Below, piece after piece: positions 15,857-27,736 of a stretch of DNA of 64,000 nucleotides. A program made the position numbers and the translations under genes. The notes beneath the pieces are model-generated. The model ran no database searches. It was not told the origin of the DNA and saw nothing but the letters and a program-made list of their open reading frames with translations. The DNA is from Dictyostelium discoideum (lineage: Eukaryota): NCBI GenBank assembly GCA_000004695.1, contig CM000150.2:3296001-3360000 (forward strand), read 5' to 3'. The number at the start of each line of letters is the position of its first letter. The stretch's first letter is position 1.

Positions 15857-17064
15857 GTTTGTTTTTTATCTTGATGAGTTTGTTGGTGTTTTTTATCTAC
15901 AATTGGTGGTGAAGTTACTGATGGAGTTGATGGTGTATTATTATTATTATTACGTTTGGATGGTGGAATATAAACAGATGATGATGGTGTTGGATTTTGA
16001 GTTGGTGGTGAAGTTGTAGTTGATGTTGTTGAAGTTGGAAGTAATCCTTTTCTAACAACAGAACTATAACGTTCCTCTTCATCATAATCTGCACCTTCAA
16101 CAAAACCACGTTCTTCTAATAAATGAATATTACCTGATTTTTCCTATTTAAATGAATAAAAAAATAATAAATATTAATATTAAATTTTGTTTTGTATATT
16201 TTTTTTTTTTTTTGTATTTTTTTTTTTTTTTTTTACATTTTCAATTTCTTGAGCTTTCTTTTCAGCAACAGATTGATTTATTTTATAAAATTCGGAATCT
16301 CTATCTAAACGAGTTGTATAAATTTCTTCTTCATAAGTTGTTCTAACACCAAATAATTTTTCATTTGTTTCAAATTGATCCCAATTTGCAGGTTTTTTAG
16401 CCTCACTATTTGCAGCGAAATCATCGAGTGATTCGCCAACTGATGGGTCGGGTGTCCATGGTGTTAATTCACGTTCTTTTAAGTTACCATCAAATCCACT
16501 CAATTCTGTATCTGTAATGAATGATTGTTGATCTCTATTCATAAAACTATCTCTATAATGATCCAATACTACACCTGTTGCTGTGATTTGTAGGAAATCT
16601 TTGGCTTCAATGATAACCAATGGTAGTGGTAATGTTGTGATAACTCTATTGTTGGTATCTTTTTTTCTTGCCATTTTTAATGCAACACCCCAACCACCTC
16701 CACTACTACCTGTTGATGTTGATGTTGTATGTAATATACCCTCATATACATCACCATTCTTTAAGGTGACACTTACATTTTGACCTACTAAACTCATTGA
16801 CATAAATACTGTTCTCTCTTTCATTGCTGTTAAACTATCGAATGGTTGTTGTTGTTGTTGTTGTTGTTGCTGTTGTTGTTGTTGTTGTTGTTGATGATGT
16901 TGTTGATTATGGTGTGATTGATGAGGTGATTTATTATTGCTGCTATTTCTATTATTATTATTATTATTATGTTTAGGTGATCCATAACCACCACCTCCAC
17001 TATTATTTCCACCGCCACCACCGCCACCACCTACAAATTTCTTTTTATCTTTTGATTGACTCAT
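13660..17064 (-). CDS. Ataxin-2 homolog, join(13660..16143,16237..17064), about 1100 aa. Has an Lsm domain, LsmAD domain, long poly-Q, an (EK)n block and a C-terminal PAM2 motif (PABP-binding), followed by a Pro/Gln-rich tail.
   Basis: Seen in sequence: exon 1 carries Lsm (LVGQNVSVTLKNGDVYEGILHTTS) and LsmAD (ANWDQFETNEKLFGVRTTYEEEIYTTRLDRDSEFYKINQSVAEKKAQEIEN). Then GTAAAA donor (16236) and a 93-nt AT-rich intron with aaatag acceptor (16144). Exon 2 is open in the same frame into track ORF 13660..15501 with no stops. PAM2 is LNPNAKEFVP. Confidence 0.8.
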
Positions 17065-17511
17065 TTCTCTTGTCTGTATGTTTAGGTGTATGTATGTATG
17101 TATGTATGTGTGTTCTATGAGTATTTAAAAGTATATATATGTGTGTTTGAGACTACAAATACTAATTAGTATTGTTTAAATTTTTGGCTTTATTGCTCTA
17201 TTGGTTTTATTGTTATTGTTATTGTTATTTATTATTATTAACTATTGTAATTATATTATTATTATTATTATTGCGCAAATATTAATATAAGATATGAACG
17301 TTTATTATTATTATTATTATTATAATGTTGAATACGTTCTTTGATTTTTCTTTATTTTAAAGATTTTTTAAAAATAGACTTTTTAAAAAAAAGAATTATT
17401 TATTTTTTTTTAAAGAAAAAAAATTTACAAAAAAAAAAGTATGGTGTTGTGATCCACTGAATGTGTAAAAGTTTAAGTTTGTAATGTAAAAAAAAAAAAA
17501 AAAAAAATTGA

Positions 17512-17553
<42 letters not shown>

Positions 17554-18043
17554 AAAATTAAAAATAAAAAATATAAAAAAAAATAAAATAAAAAAAATTT
17601 TAAAATTGGAATTCACATTTGGTTGACCGAGAACCTCCCATATTTACATATCGGCAAATGAAATCACCAATTTTCCAACTTCATTAAAATGTTAGTTATA
17701 CATTATTTAATTATATACCAAAATGTATACAAAATATTAATTTTTTTTTTTCCTTAAAAAAAATAAAATAAAAAAATAAAAAATTTTTGAAAATCTAAAA
17801 TAAATCTTTGTGTGTCAAAAAAAAATTAAATATAAATTATTTTTTTAATTATTATTATTATTATTTTATTATTACCTAATAATAATAAAAAAATAAAAAA
17901 TAAAAATTTTGATTATTTCCTTAATTAAAAGGAAAAAAAAAAAAAAAAAGAAATAAGGTATTTTATTTTGGTATATTTTATTGGAATCCAATCTTTTGAA
18001 GAAAAACATGTCAATTGGACTCACATTTTTTAGAATCCTAACT

Positions 18044-18054
18044 GGAGTCGAACT
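18044..18054 (-). promoter_or_regulatory. External B box (exB) of the tRNA gene, a B-box-like AGTTCGACTCC about 30 bp downstream of the tRNA 3' end.
   Basis: Seen in sequence: rc of ggagtcgaact. Established knowledge: Dictyostelium tRNA genes commonly carry an extra B box (consensus GGTTCGAANCC) 20-40 bp downstream. Confidence 0.5.
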
Positions 18055-18084
18055 AGTGACTTTGTTTATTTTATCATAAAATAT

Positions 18085-18155
18085 GGGGAGATCCGAGAAT
18101 CGAACTCAGGACGCTACCACCCAAAGGTAGCATTATACCACTTAACTAATCTCCC
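18085..18155 (-). tRNA. tRNA-Pro (anticodon UGG), 71 nt, no intron, CCA not encoded.
   Basis: Seen in sequence (minus strand): GGGAGATTAGTTAAGTGGTATAATGCTACCTTTGGGTGGTAGCGTCCTGAGTTCGATTCTCGGATCTCCCC. It folds with a 7-bp acceptor stem, D-loop with GG, anticodon stem CTACC/GGTAG, loop TTTGGGT (anticodon TGG), T-arm CTGAG-TTCGATT-CTCGG and discriminator C. Confidence 0.85.
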
Positions 18156-18317
18156 ATTTTGATGAAATTTTTAGTTTTTTTGAAAAAAAAAAGGACGATT
18201 CCGATCCCCCATTTTGGTCAAATTGGGGTTTTAATTAAAATAATATCCCAATTAATAATTTTCCTTATTGGTGGAAGTTTGAAAAAATATTCCACTTAAC
18301 TAATCTCCCATTTTGAT
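18138..18317. repeat. Perfect 26-bp direct repeat CCACTTAACTAATCTCCCATTTTGAT at 18138-18163 and 18292-18317. On the minus strand it is the first 19 nt of tRNA-Pro plus 7 nt of its 5' flank. Two further shorter copies of the CCCATTTTG(G) core lie at about 18208-18222 and 18347-18358.
   Basis: Seen in sequence by direct comparison of the two segments; the second copy lies 154 bp upstream (tRNA sense) of the intact gene. Confidence 0.7.
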
Positions 18318-18817
18318 ATTTTGAACATCATTAAGCAGCTACATTACTCCCATTTTGGGATGTTTAACATTTGGCAATATCTAAATTTCAGTATAAAAGT
18401 ATTTGAAAACAAACAATAAAACCATTATGATATGTTTAGAATATATAAATAGAATTTGTTTGTGTTTAATAATGATTTATACTTAAACTTCATTATATTA
18501 TATTAATTCATTTTTTTTTTTTGGTTTTTAATCAGCTCAAAAAATAGAGCTAAATATTGTTCAACTAATATAATTCAATTACACAAATCAAAAAAATATT
18601 AAATTATTTAATATTTGAATTCAAAAATAATATAAAGTTACTTTAAAATTTATGTTGGAAATTATCAAAATTATTAACTAAACCTAAAAATATTACCATG
18701 ATACAAGATAATAAAAAAATAGGTTCAAGTATGCTTAGGGTAAATTAATTAAAAAATGTTTACCGTATTTTGAATATTTTTTTTCCAAAAAAAAATAAAA
18801 TAATAATGTTACAAATA

Positions 18818-18915
<98 letters not shown>

Positions 18916-18987
18916 TAAAAAGATTTATAATTTTAAAAAAAAAAATTCGATTTTTTAAATAATTTTATTTTGTTTTTAATAAAATTT

Positions 18988-20018
18988 TTAGAATAATAAA
19001 GCAATAATGGCAACAATTAATAAGACAAATGATGGCAAAATAACAGATGAAGATGATGGGGTGTTACAAACTGGGTAAACTGGTGCATCACCACAAGTGT
19101 TTGTTTGAACAATACAATTATTGTTATCACAGATTTCAGATCTACAGTGTTTCATGAGACATGAATCTGGACCTAATTCGATATTTTCAATGCTTGGACA
19201 TTCATGTTCAATAGCACATGTGGCCAAGTTTTGGACAGAGGTTTGACAATTTGAAGCCAAGTTGAATGGACTAGCAGTGCATTTACCAGTTATAATTTGT
19301 GAGGTAGAAGTACATTGGCAACTTGAACCATATGCTGATGGACAAGAGTTGGCGATATCCATACAATCACCAGTTGGGATTGAGTTTTGTGGAGATTGAC
19401 AGGTACCAGCTTGGCAAACTAAAGTAGCAGCACATTCGTAACGGAAACCAGAACCTAATTGAACAAATGAAGAACCGTGGACTGAACAAGTGTCACCTTG
19501 GACTTTGTTGAAATTTGATTGACAGAATAAATCACCAGAGTTATCACCTTGTTTGGCACCACAATAGTTGTTGTATGGGCATTGACCGTCTCTAGTACAT
19601 TTTGCACCGGTAGCATAAAGTGTTCTACATTGGACTGGAGTATTTAATGAGTTAGTACCATTACAGAATTGACCAAATGGACATTGACCATCGTTAGAAC
19701 AAATAACGTGTGGTTTCAATGAGCAAATCTCTTCATTACATGTTAAACCATTACCACATTGGTAGTCTGAATTACAACTTTCACCAAAACCTAAATAATC
19801 TGGCATAGCACAAGTTTGTAAATTACCTTTGGTGGTTGTAACAGAACGACATGCGAATGGTTCTGCACATTCTGTGAATGGGGTGCCACAAGTTTCTCCT
19901 AAACCACTTAATTTAGTACAAACTGGGGTAAAGATTACTGAACTAGATGGACAAAAAGTACCATATTCACATGTAATATCAACTACACTATTATCTGTAA
20001 AATTACTATAAATTTATA

Positions 20019-20074
<56 letters not shown>

Positions 20075-20261
20075 AAAATTAGATTCTTTAAAATAGTAGG
20101 AAGAAATAATAATAACCAAAAAAAAAAAAAAGATTAAAAACTTACTAATTATTAATGTTACAATTTTCACCTTCTTTTACACAAACACCAATAGAACAAT
20201 ATTGAGCATTCGTTGCTACAATTGAAGCTGCAAGAGCTAAAAGTCCATAAATAAACTTCAT
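18988..20261 (-). CDS. Cysteine-rich secreted, probably GPI-anchored, surface protein. join(18988..20005,20146..20261), 377 aa. Signal peptide MKFIYGLLALAASIVATNA, many spaced Cys (about 50), and a C-terminal SSSSVILPSFVLLIVAIIALLF hydrophobic tail typical of a GPI signal.
   Basis: Seen in sequence: exon 1 (ATG 20261-20259) ends at a GTAAGT donor (20145). A 140-nt intron ends ataaatttatag. Exon 2 joins in phase 2 and runs open through track ORF 18988..19806. Family not recognised beyond cysteine-rich extracellular. Confidence 0.6.
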
Positions 20262-20964
20262 TTTAATTTTATATATTTATATATTTTTATTTAAAAAAAA
20301 AAAAATATTAATAATTAAAATTTGGAAAACTAAATTATTTAAATAATTTTTTTTTTTTTTGAAAAATCAGAAAAAAAAAAAAAAAAAAAATTATTAATAA
20401 TTAAAAATAAATTATAAAAATTTTGTTTTTAATTCATAGAAACTATAAAAATATCTTAAAAAACTGCTGTAACACGATAGGATATTTATAACTTTTTTTC
20501 AATTTTTTTTTTTTTTTTTTTCTGATTTTTTTATTAATTTGATTTGGTTTTAAATTTTTTTTTTCTGATTTTTTTTTTTTTTTTTTTTTTACTTAATTTT
20601 TTTAATAAAGTAAATAATTTTAATTTTTTATATGTAAATTTCGTATTTTTATTTTTATAAATATTTTTTTTTCTTTTTTTTTTTTCTCTCTAAATAATTT
20701 TAATTTTTTTATTTAATAAATTTTTTTATTTGTTGATTTTTTTATTATTTTTAATATTATTTTCCATTTTTTTTTTATTATTATTACGTAAAGCTCTTCA
20801 ATGAAACTTTTTAAGTTAACCATTTCTGATTTGAAATTTTATCAATTTTCAAAAAAACGGAAAAAATATCTTTTTTTCGATTTTTTTTAGCTTTTCAAAA
20901 TTTTAACCTTTCACAAAATTTATGAAAGAAGAGATCACACAAAAAGATTCAACTGATGAATTAT

Positions 20965-21006
<42 letters not shown>

Positions 21007-21581
21007 AAATAATTATTATTAGAATTAATCTAATCAGAAATTTTAAAAATAAAAAAAAATAAAAATAAAAATAAAAACAAAAAAAAAAAAAAAGGTATGA
21101 AAACCTGTCACCTGACTATCCTTAAAATTTGATAATTATCTTTGAATAAAAAAAAAAAAAAAAAAAAAAATGGAAAATAATATTAAAAATAATAAAAAAA
21201 ATAATAAATTAAAATTGAACAAAAAAATTTTTTTTTTAAAAATAAAATTTTGTGATTGACTAAATTTAATTATAACAATCAATATATCCATAAACATCAC
21301 AAATAAACGAATCACCAATTCTTAAAATAAAACTTAAAATATCTTTAGTTTATTATTATTATTATTTTTTATTTTATTTTTTTTTTATTTATTTTATTAT
21401 TATTTTTTTTTTTTTCTATCCCCAACTCAAATTAATGAATTATTGACCAGAATTTGTTTTTTTTTTTTTTTTTTTTTGATATTTTTGATCTTTTCATTTT
21501 TTTAATCCTTTTTTTTTTTTTATTTTTTTGAAAAAAAAAGAAAAAAAAAGGTGGAAATTTACATGAAAAAAAGGTGGAAAT

Positions 21582-22816
21582 TTAATGATGTATAGCAGTT
21601 AAATTGGAAGTTGAAGAATGTTTTTGAGATAATAAATTCATTTTGTGTGTGGATGGATTTCTTTTTGTTGGTGTTAAATTACTACTATTATTGGATATTC
21701 CACCACTGCCGCCCAAAGTAGATAAACGTTTTGTTGGAGTTTGAGAATTTGAAATAATTTTGTTGAACGAATTTGGATTGTTTTCAATTGAACCAACAGA
21801 AATATTGTTATTATTATTATTATTGCTATTAATGTTATTATCACAAGAAAAATAACTTAAAAGATTATTTGAACTTGTATTATTACTATTATTATTATTT
21901 TCTTGGTTGGCAATAGTAGAGAAACGTTTTGTTGGAGTTGAAGAACCACTATTATTTACAGAGGGTGAACCAGAGGTAATATTTCTAGTTGGTTTTGGAC
22001 TTGAAGAGATTATTGATAAACGTTTACTTGGTGATAATAAAAGTGATGGCGATGATCTGAATACATCCTTTGATTTTTGTAATTTTGATAAACGTAAATT
22101 TAATGGTGTTGATGGTTGTTGTTGTTGTTGATAAAGTGGTTTTTGTACTTCACTTGATCTTGATAATTGATTATCGAAAACTAAAGATGAATCAAATTCT
22201 TCTTTAAGATCTTTCATAATTAATGAATCAATATCAACATTTTCAATAGTATCAATTTCTGTTGTAGTTGTTGTTGTTGCAATAGCTGTTGGTACTGGTT
22301 CAGTGGCGATTTCAACATTATCAACATTACTATTGATTGTTGGTTCAATTTCAGTAATAATTTCTTCTTTTTCTTCTTCTTTTTCTTCCTCTTTCTCAAC
22401 TTCTTTTTCTTTATCAGAATTATCTTTGATTTCATTTTCTAACATTTCTTTAAATGATAAATATACAGTGGTGTCCTCTTGAATTGGACTTGATGGAATT
22501 GAAATTTGGTTTTGATTCAAAGATTTTGTGAATGGTGATGAACATGTTCCTTCAGTGGTGGTGGTAGTTGTAGTAGTTGTAAAGTTGGCATTATTATTTT
22601 TTAAATTATGAATTGGGGTTCTAGAGATTTTAAGGGAAGGTGATCTTGGATCAAAATTCATTTTAATTGGAGTTCTTGTGAATTTGATTGATGGTGATCT
22701 TGGATCAAATAATAATAATGAAATTTGTTTCTTTGGTTTAATTTGAATTGGTGATCTTTTAAATTTATTATTTGATGGTGATCTTGGATCAATTAATAGA
22801 TTATTATTATTATTAC

Positions 22817-22889
<73 letters not shown>

Positions 22890-23144
22890 TGTGGTATTTT
22901 TAATTTTATTTAATTGAATTGGTGATCTTTTAAATCTATTATTTGATGGTGATCTTGGATCAAAGAAAGCTTGATTACTATAATTTTTTTTAAATGGTGT
23001 TCTTTTAATTGACTTTGATGGTGATCTTGGATCAAACATTTCTATTTTATTTTCATTATTTTTTTCATCACCTCCGATATTATTATTATTATTATCATTT
23101 ATTTCTGAGCCAAAAGAAAGAAATTGTTTTTTAAAAAATTGCAT
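21582..23144 (-). CDS. Ser/Asn/Thr-rich 520-aa protein with five copies of a [FI]DPRSPS-x(1-3)-[KR]-x-[ST]P repeat and an acidic (EKEE)n block. Function unknown.
   Basis: Seen in sequence: repeats MFDPRSPSKSIKRTP, FFDPRSPSNNRFKRSP, LIDPRSPSNNKFKRSP, LFDPRSPSIKFTRTP, NFDPRSPSLKISRTP at spaced positions in the ORF. A poly-N (AAT)n tract lies at 22800-22890. Confidence 0.55.
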
Positions 23145-23210
23145 TTTTTTTTTTTTTTTTTATTTTTTTATTTTTTTTTTTTATTTATTTATTTTTGTTT
23201 TATTGTACAA

Positions 23211-23297
23211 TTATTTATATTTATATTTATATTTATATTTATATTTATATTTATATTTATATTTATATTAATATTATATTTATATTTATATTTATAG
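23211..23297. repeat. (TATTTA)n hexanucleotide microsatellite, about 14 units.
   Basis: Seen in sequence: atttatatttatatttat… run in intergenic DNA. Confidence 0.85.
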
Positions 23298-23466
23298 TTA
23301 TGAAAATATATTTATATTTATATCTATCTCTATATTTATCTTTATCTTTATATTTATATTATCTTTATCTTTATTAACTTTAAAATTTTAATAATAATAA
23401 TAAAAAAAAAAAAAAAAAAAAATTATTAAATTTAATAATAAAATAATTTATTGCAAAAAAAAAAAA

Positions 23467-23474
23467 ACCCATAA
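23467..23474 (+). promoter_or_regulatory. Exact match to the Dictyostelium upstream sequence element (DUSE), ACCCATAA.
   Basis: Seen in sequence: aaaaaaACCCATAAtttttcc. Established knowledge: DUSE ([A/T]CCCA[C/T]AA) lies about 60 bp upstream of many dictyostelid small ncRNA genes (snRNAs, class I RNAs etc.). Confidence 0.45.
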
Positions 23475-23504
23475 TTTTTCCAACAGTTGGCATAAATTTT
23501 CAAA

Positions 23505-23652
23505 ATATTGGCGCGATTGTTTTAAAAAAATCAGGGGAAAAAATAATTTAAATTATTTAAATTGTGAAATTTTAAATGTCACTTTCATAAAAATTTTATA
23601 AGGGTGTTTGTCCATAGTAGGTTGGTGTTTGTCGCCTTTTTTTTTTTTTTTT
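23505..23652 (+). ncRNA. Candidate small ncRNA (Pol III-type), about 110-130 nt. A comparatively G+C-rich segment begins about 35-60 bp after the DUSE and terminates at a 16-nt T-run. Family unassigned.
   Basis: Seen in sequence: …tattggcgcgattgttttaaaaaaatcaggggaaaaa…gtcactttcataaaaattttataagggtgtttgtccatagtaggttggtgtttgtcgcc followed by T16 (23637-23652). Contains an AAUUUUAUAAGG stretch reminiscent of an Sm site. The boundaries are inferred, not observed. Confidence 0.3.
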
Positions 23653-23945
23653 ATAATTTTGTGTATAACAAATTTCTTTGGAAATGCTCGCAGATTTATT
23701 TTTTGAAAAAAAAAAAAAAAAAAAAAAAAAAATTGTTGTGAGCAAATTTGGCAATATTAATATTTACAATTTATGATTTATTTGGATTTAAATAAAAATT
23801 CATTTTTATGTTATTATGTAAAGAATTATTATTTATGTGTGGTTTGAGGTTTATGTACATTTATCAATAATTATTATTATTGTTATTATTATTGTTAATT
23901 ATTGTTATTATTTTAATATTAATTATATTAATTATTAATTATTAT

Positions 23946-25002
23946 TTATTGATTTGAACAACCACTAGGTACTGGAAAACTTGAAGTATCATCTCTTTTT
24001 GGATATCTATCAAGTGTAGCGTAGTGATTTATAGTTTTCTTTCTTCTTTGCATTTCAGTTTCATCTGGATATTCTTTCGTTGGTTCCCATAAACAAATAT
24101 AAGGATCTATACCACTCGTTGCTATACATGGTTCATTTGGATGACATACAACACTATTTACATGTGAATCGTGGCCTTCTAAAATTCTAACGATTTTTGC
24201 AGACTCTTTATCCCAAATAAATAGTTTTGAATCATCTGAACCAGATACTATATATTCGGAATTTGGACCATAAAAATTTACAGATTTAATAGTTTGTTCA
24301 CTAACATGACCAGAATAAACTTGTTTAAATGTTTTTGGTAAAAATGGTTTGGAATTATTCTTTTCACTATCTTGTTGATCTTCTTCATCCTTATCTTCAT
24401 TATCATCGCCATCATCATCACTTTCATTTCCATAATAGCTATCATCACTTTCGTCATCATCATCTTCTTCTTCTTCTTCACCATTATTACTATCATCTTC
24501 GGTTAAATTTTCTTGGTCATTATCGTTATCGTCACTATTATCATCGCCGTCATCATCATCATCATCATCATCTCTTTGTTCAATTAATCTTGCCTCAACT
24601 AAAAGTTGATGATAATAATCAAAAATAAGTGATAGATCTTGTTCATCACTATCAAGTTCATCTTCATAATTAGCAACATTATCATTTTCACTATTATTAT
24701 CATTTTCAAGTTCTTCTTCTTCTTCTTCTTCTTCTTCTTCTTCTTCTTCTTCTTCTTCTTCTTCTTCTCCCTCTTGTTCTTCTTGTTCTTCCTCTTTTTC
24801 TATTTTTTCATTTTCACTATCATTTATTCCATTTTCCTCTTCTTTGTCATCTTTAGTACTCTTATAATCTTTTTCAATTTCTTTCTCCTCTTTATCATCT
24901 TCCTGTTCTTCTTTTTCATTTTTCATTTTAAAATTTGAATCAGAATTATCTGTTTCATCATTTAAGCTGCTAATGGGTGAGGTTGTTGTATTTGGAGGAG
25001 TT

Positions 25003-25075
<73 letters not shown>

Positions 25076-26896
25076 TATTATTGCTACTACTACTACTACT
25101 ATTGCTATTACTACTACCAATACTACTATTACTACAACTACTTAAACTTATATCACTATCTGTTTTTGCTTTTTTCTTATTTCTTCTCTTCTTTTTATTT
25201 AGTTTGCCAATTTTAGTACTTTTGATTGGATTTTCATTTTTATTACTATCAGTATCGGTTTTATTACTTTCATTTGATCCACTATCATTAATACTACCAC
25301 TACTACTATTACTAGTACGACTTACAATACTTGAACTACTATCTCTTCTTGATCCACTATCATTAATACTACCGCCAACACCCCCACTACTACTACTACT
25401 ACTACCACTACGGTGACTACTTCTACCACCACCACTACTACCATTACTACTATTAATATTACGACTATGACCACGTGAATGATTTGATCTTTTCTTTTTC
25501 TTATTTTTATTTTTATTTTGATTTGAATAATCTTTAAAATAATCTAAAGAATATTCTTTTGAATAATTCTTTTTCAAATCATAAAGATAGATATTATCAT
25601 TTAGATAGGTAACGACGATTTCATTACCATTCTTACTGAATGCACAACCAGTGGCTTCATCCTCCGATGGGAAAGGTACCTCTATATTACGATATATATT
25701 TACAAATGATTCACTTGAATGATTTGGTATCATTCTTTGATCGAATAATCTTACCGTTCCATCCGATGATGCTGTAATGAAACTATATCCATCAAATGGG
25801 TGATATTCAACTGAAAATATTGTTGTTTTTGGTATAGATATTGAATATCTAAAACTTCTTCTTAATGGTAATGGATCAAAATTAATTAATAAACTATTAC
25901 CATATTTTATTGGATTTTCATTTAAAGTGGTTTTATTTGTAGTTGTTGTTGTTGTTGTTGTTGATGTTGTTATTGATGAAGAAGGTGAATCTGTTGTTGA
26001 AGTGGATTGTTGTAGTTGTTGTTGAAGTGGTAATGCCATAGTTCTACCTCTACCACCACCAATTACTTGAGGTAGAATTGCTCTATAACCATCATTATTT
26101 GAAGGAGCAGTTTGAATTGGTTGAATTTCCGTATCTTTATATTTTAGTCTAACATCAAAAAGCCTAACTGATCCATCACTAGAAGATGATAAAAATACTT
26201 GTGGTTGAGTTGGACAAACTGATAACTTTAATACTTTTTTACTATGATGTTTATAAACTGTACATTTTTGATTCTCAATATCATAATATCTAATATCCGC
26301 ATCATTTCCACCAGATATAACTTTTCTATTATCATTATTTAAAAAATTGGTTGCAAAAACATTTGTTGAATGTCCACTTTTATTTATTTTTTCAAAAAAA
26401 TAAGAAAAAAAAAAAAGAAAATTATATGTTAATATATCTATACATAATATATATATTATTTTAAAATTCTAATGGTATTACTTACTATAAAGTTGTTAAA
26501 CATTTCCTTTTACCAACATCCCAAATACGAACAGTTTCATCATCACCACCTGAAACAATCAATGATCCATCATCGTTGAAATTAATTGAATTAACACATT
26601 CCTACAAAAAATTTGAAAAGATTTTAAAAAATAAAAAAAAAATAAAGTTAATAATTAATTTTTTTATTTTTTTATTTTTTTGGCAAAAAATGTGTGGTTT
26701 TTTATTTTTTTTTTTATTTTTTATATCTCATTTAATTAAAAATGTTTATACAAACATTATGTCCATGAAGTTCAGTTTTCTCTAGAGTTTCAATGGCATA
26801 ATTTGATTTTGAAAATTCATCTTTTAATTTATTGATACCACTTCGATTTTCTGACAATTCTCTTTCGCATAATAATTGATTGAATTTATTTATCAT
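23946..26896 (-). CDS. DCAF8-family WD40 protein (DDB1/CUL4-associated factor, DCAF5/6/8/WDTC1 group). join(23946..26376,26486..26601,26756..26896), about 895 aa. Has a huge Ser/Asn/Glu/Asp-rich insertion between the WD blocks.
   Basis: Seen in sequence: exon 1 [15 protein letters not shown]…[12 protein letters not shown] ends at a GTTTGT donor. Exon 2 (acceptor ttttttgtag) [38 protein letters not shown] ends at GTAAGT. Exon 3 (acceptor aaataaaag) starts [33 protein letters not shown] and ends …[83 protein letters not shown]. The blocks correspond to DCAF8 motifs recalled from human (GH.GCVN…FN..G..LASGSDD; SGHKSNVFQAKFLP…; [27 protein letters not shown]…[22 protein letters not shown]). Confidence 0.7.
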
Positions 26897-27636
26897 TTTT
26901 TTCTGGAATTCTTTTTTTTTTTTTTTTTTTTTTTATTTTATTTATTATTTTTTTTTCTCTTTAGAGTTACTTTACCCAATGATTCCCCCATAAAGTGTAC
27001 GATTTTTATTTTTATTTTTATTATTATTATTGTTATTATTGTTATTTTTTTATTTATTTTACTATTTGTTTACAATTGCTAATATATATAGATTTATTTA
27101 TTTGAATATAAATATTATAAAATTGAATATTGATACCCTATTGAAATAATCCTTTTTTTTGTTTCTTTGGTTTTTTTTTTGTTACTTTAGTATCTTTAAA
27201 ATAAAAAAATAAAAAAACAAAAAAAATAAAAAAAATAAAAAAAAAATAAAAAAAAAAAAAATAAAAAAAAAAATAAAATAAATAAAAAATAAAAAAAATA
27301 AAAAATTTAAAAATTGTTTAAACTAAGTAAGTATTTGGAATGTTTAAAAAAAAAAAATAAAAAATTAAAATATAAATTTGGAAAAAAAATATTTTTTTGA
27401 GGTCAAGGATTACTGTTAATATTTTTATAAATTAATTGAAAGATAAGATAAAATTTATAAAATACAAATAAAAATTTTTTATTTTTTTTAGTCAGTTTTT
27501 GGATAAAAAGCAATTTTTTTTTTTTAATATTATTTTTTTTTTTAATATTATTTTTTTTTTTTATTTTTTTTTTTATATTATTTATATCTTTTTTTTTTTT
27601 TTTATTTAATTAAATCTTTTTTTTTTTCTTTTTTTT

Positions 27637-27675
<39 letters not shown>

Positions 27676-27736
27676 CTTTTTTCTTAAAATTGTAAAAACT
27701 TGGGAAAAAAAAAAATTGAATGAAAATTTTTGATTT

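Noticed and set aside
17990-18400. Possible tRNA-targeted retrotransposon (TRE5/TRE3/DGLT-A) next to tRNA-Pro.
   Set aside because: No ORF1/ORF2, RT/endonuclease-like coding or kb-scale element body is present. Only short duplicated tRNA 5' fragments are seen, so this is reported as a footprint, not an element.
20790-20960. Slightly less AT-rich patch with a short ORF (MKEEITQKDSTDELLFFF…) between the Cys-rich gene and the FDPRSPS gene.
   Set aside because: The ORF dissolves into poly-F from a T-run, and there are no splice signals or conserved motifs. Likely promoter or UTR sequence.
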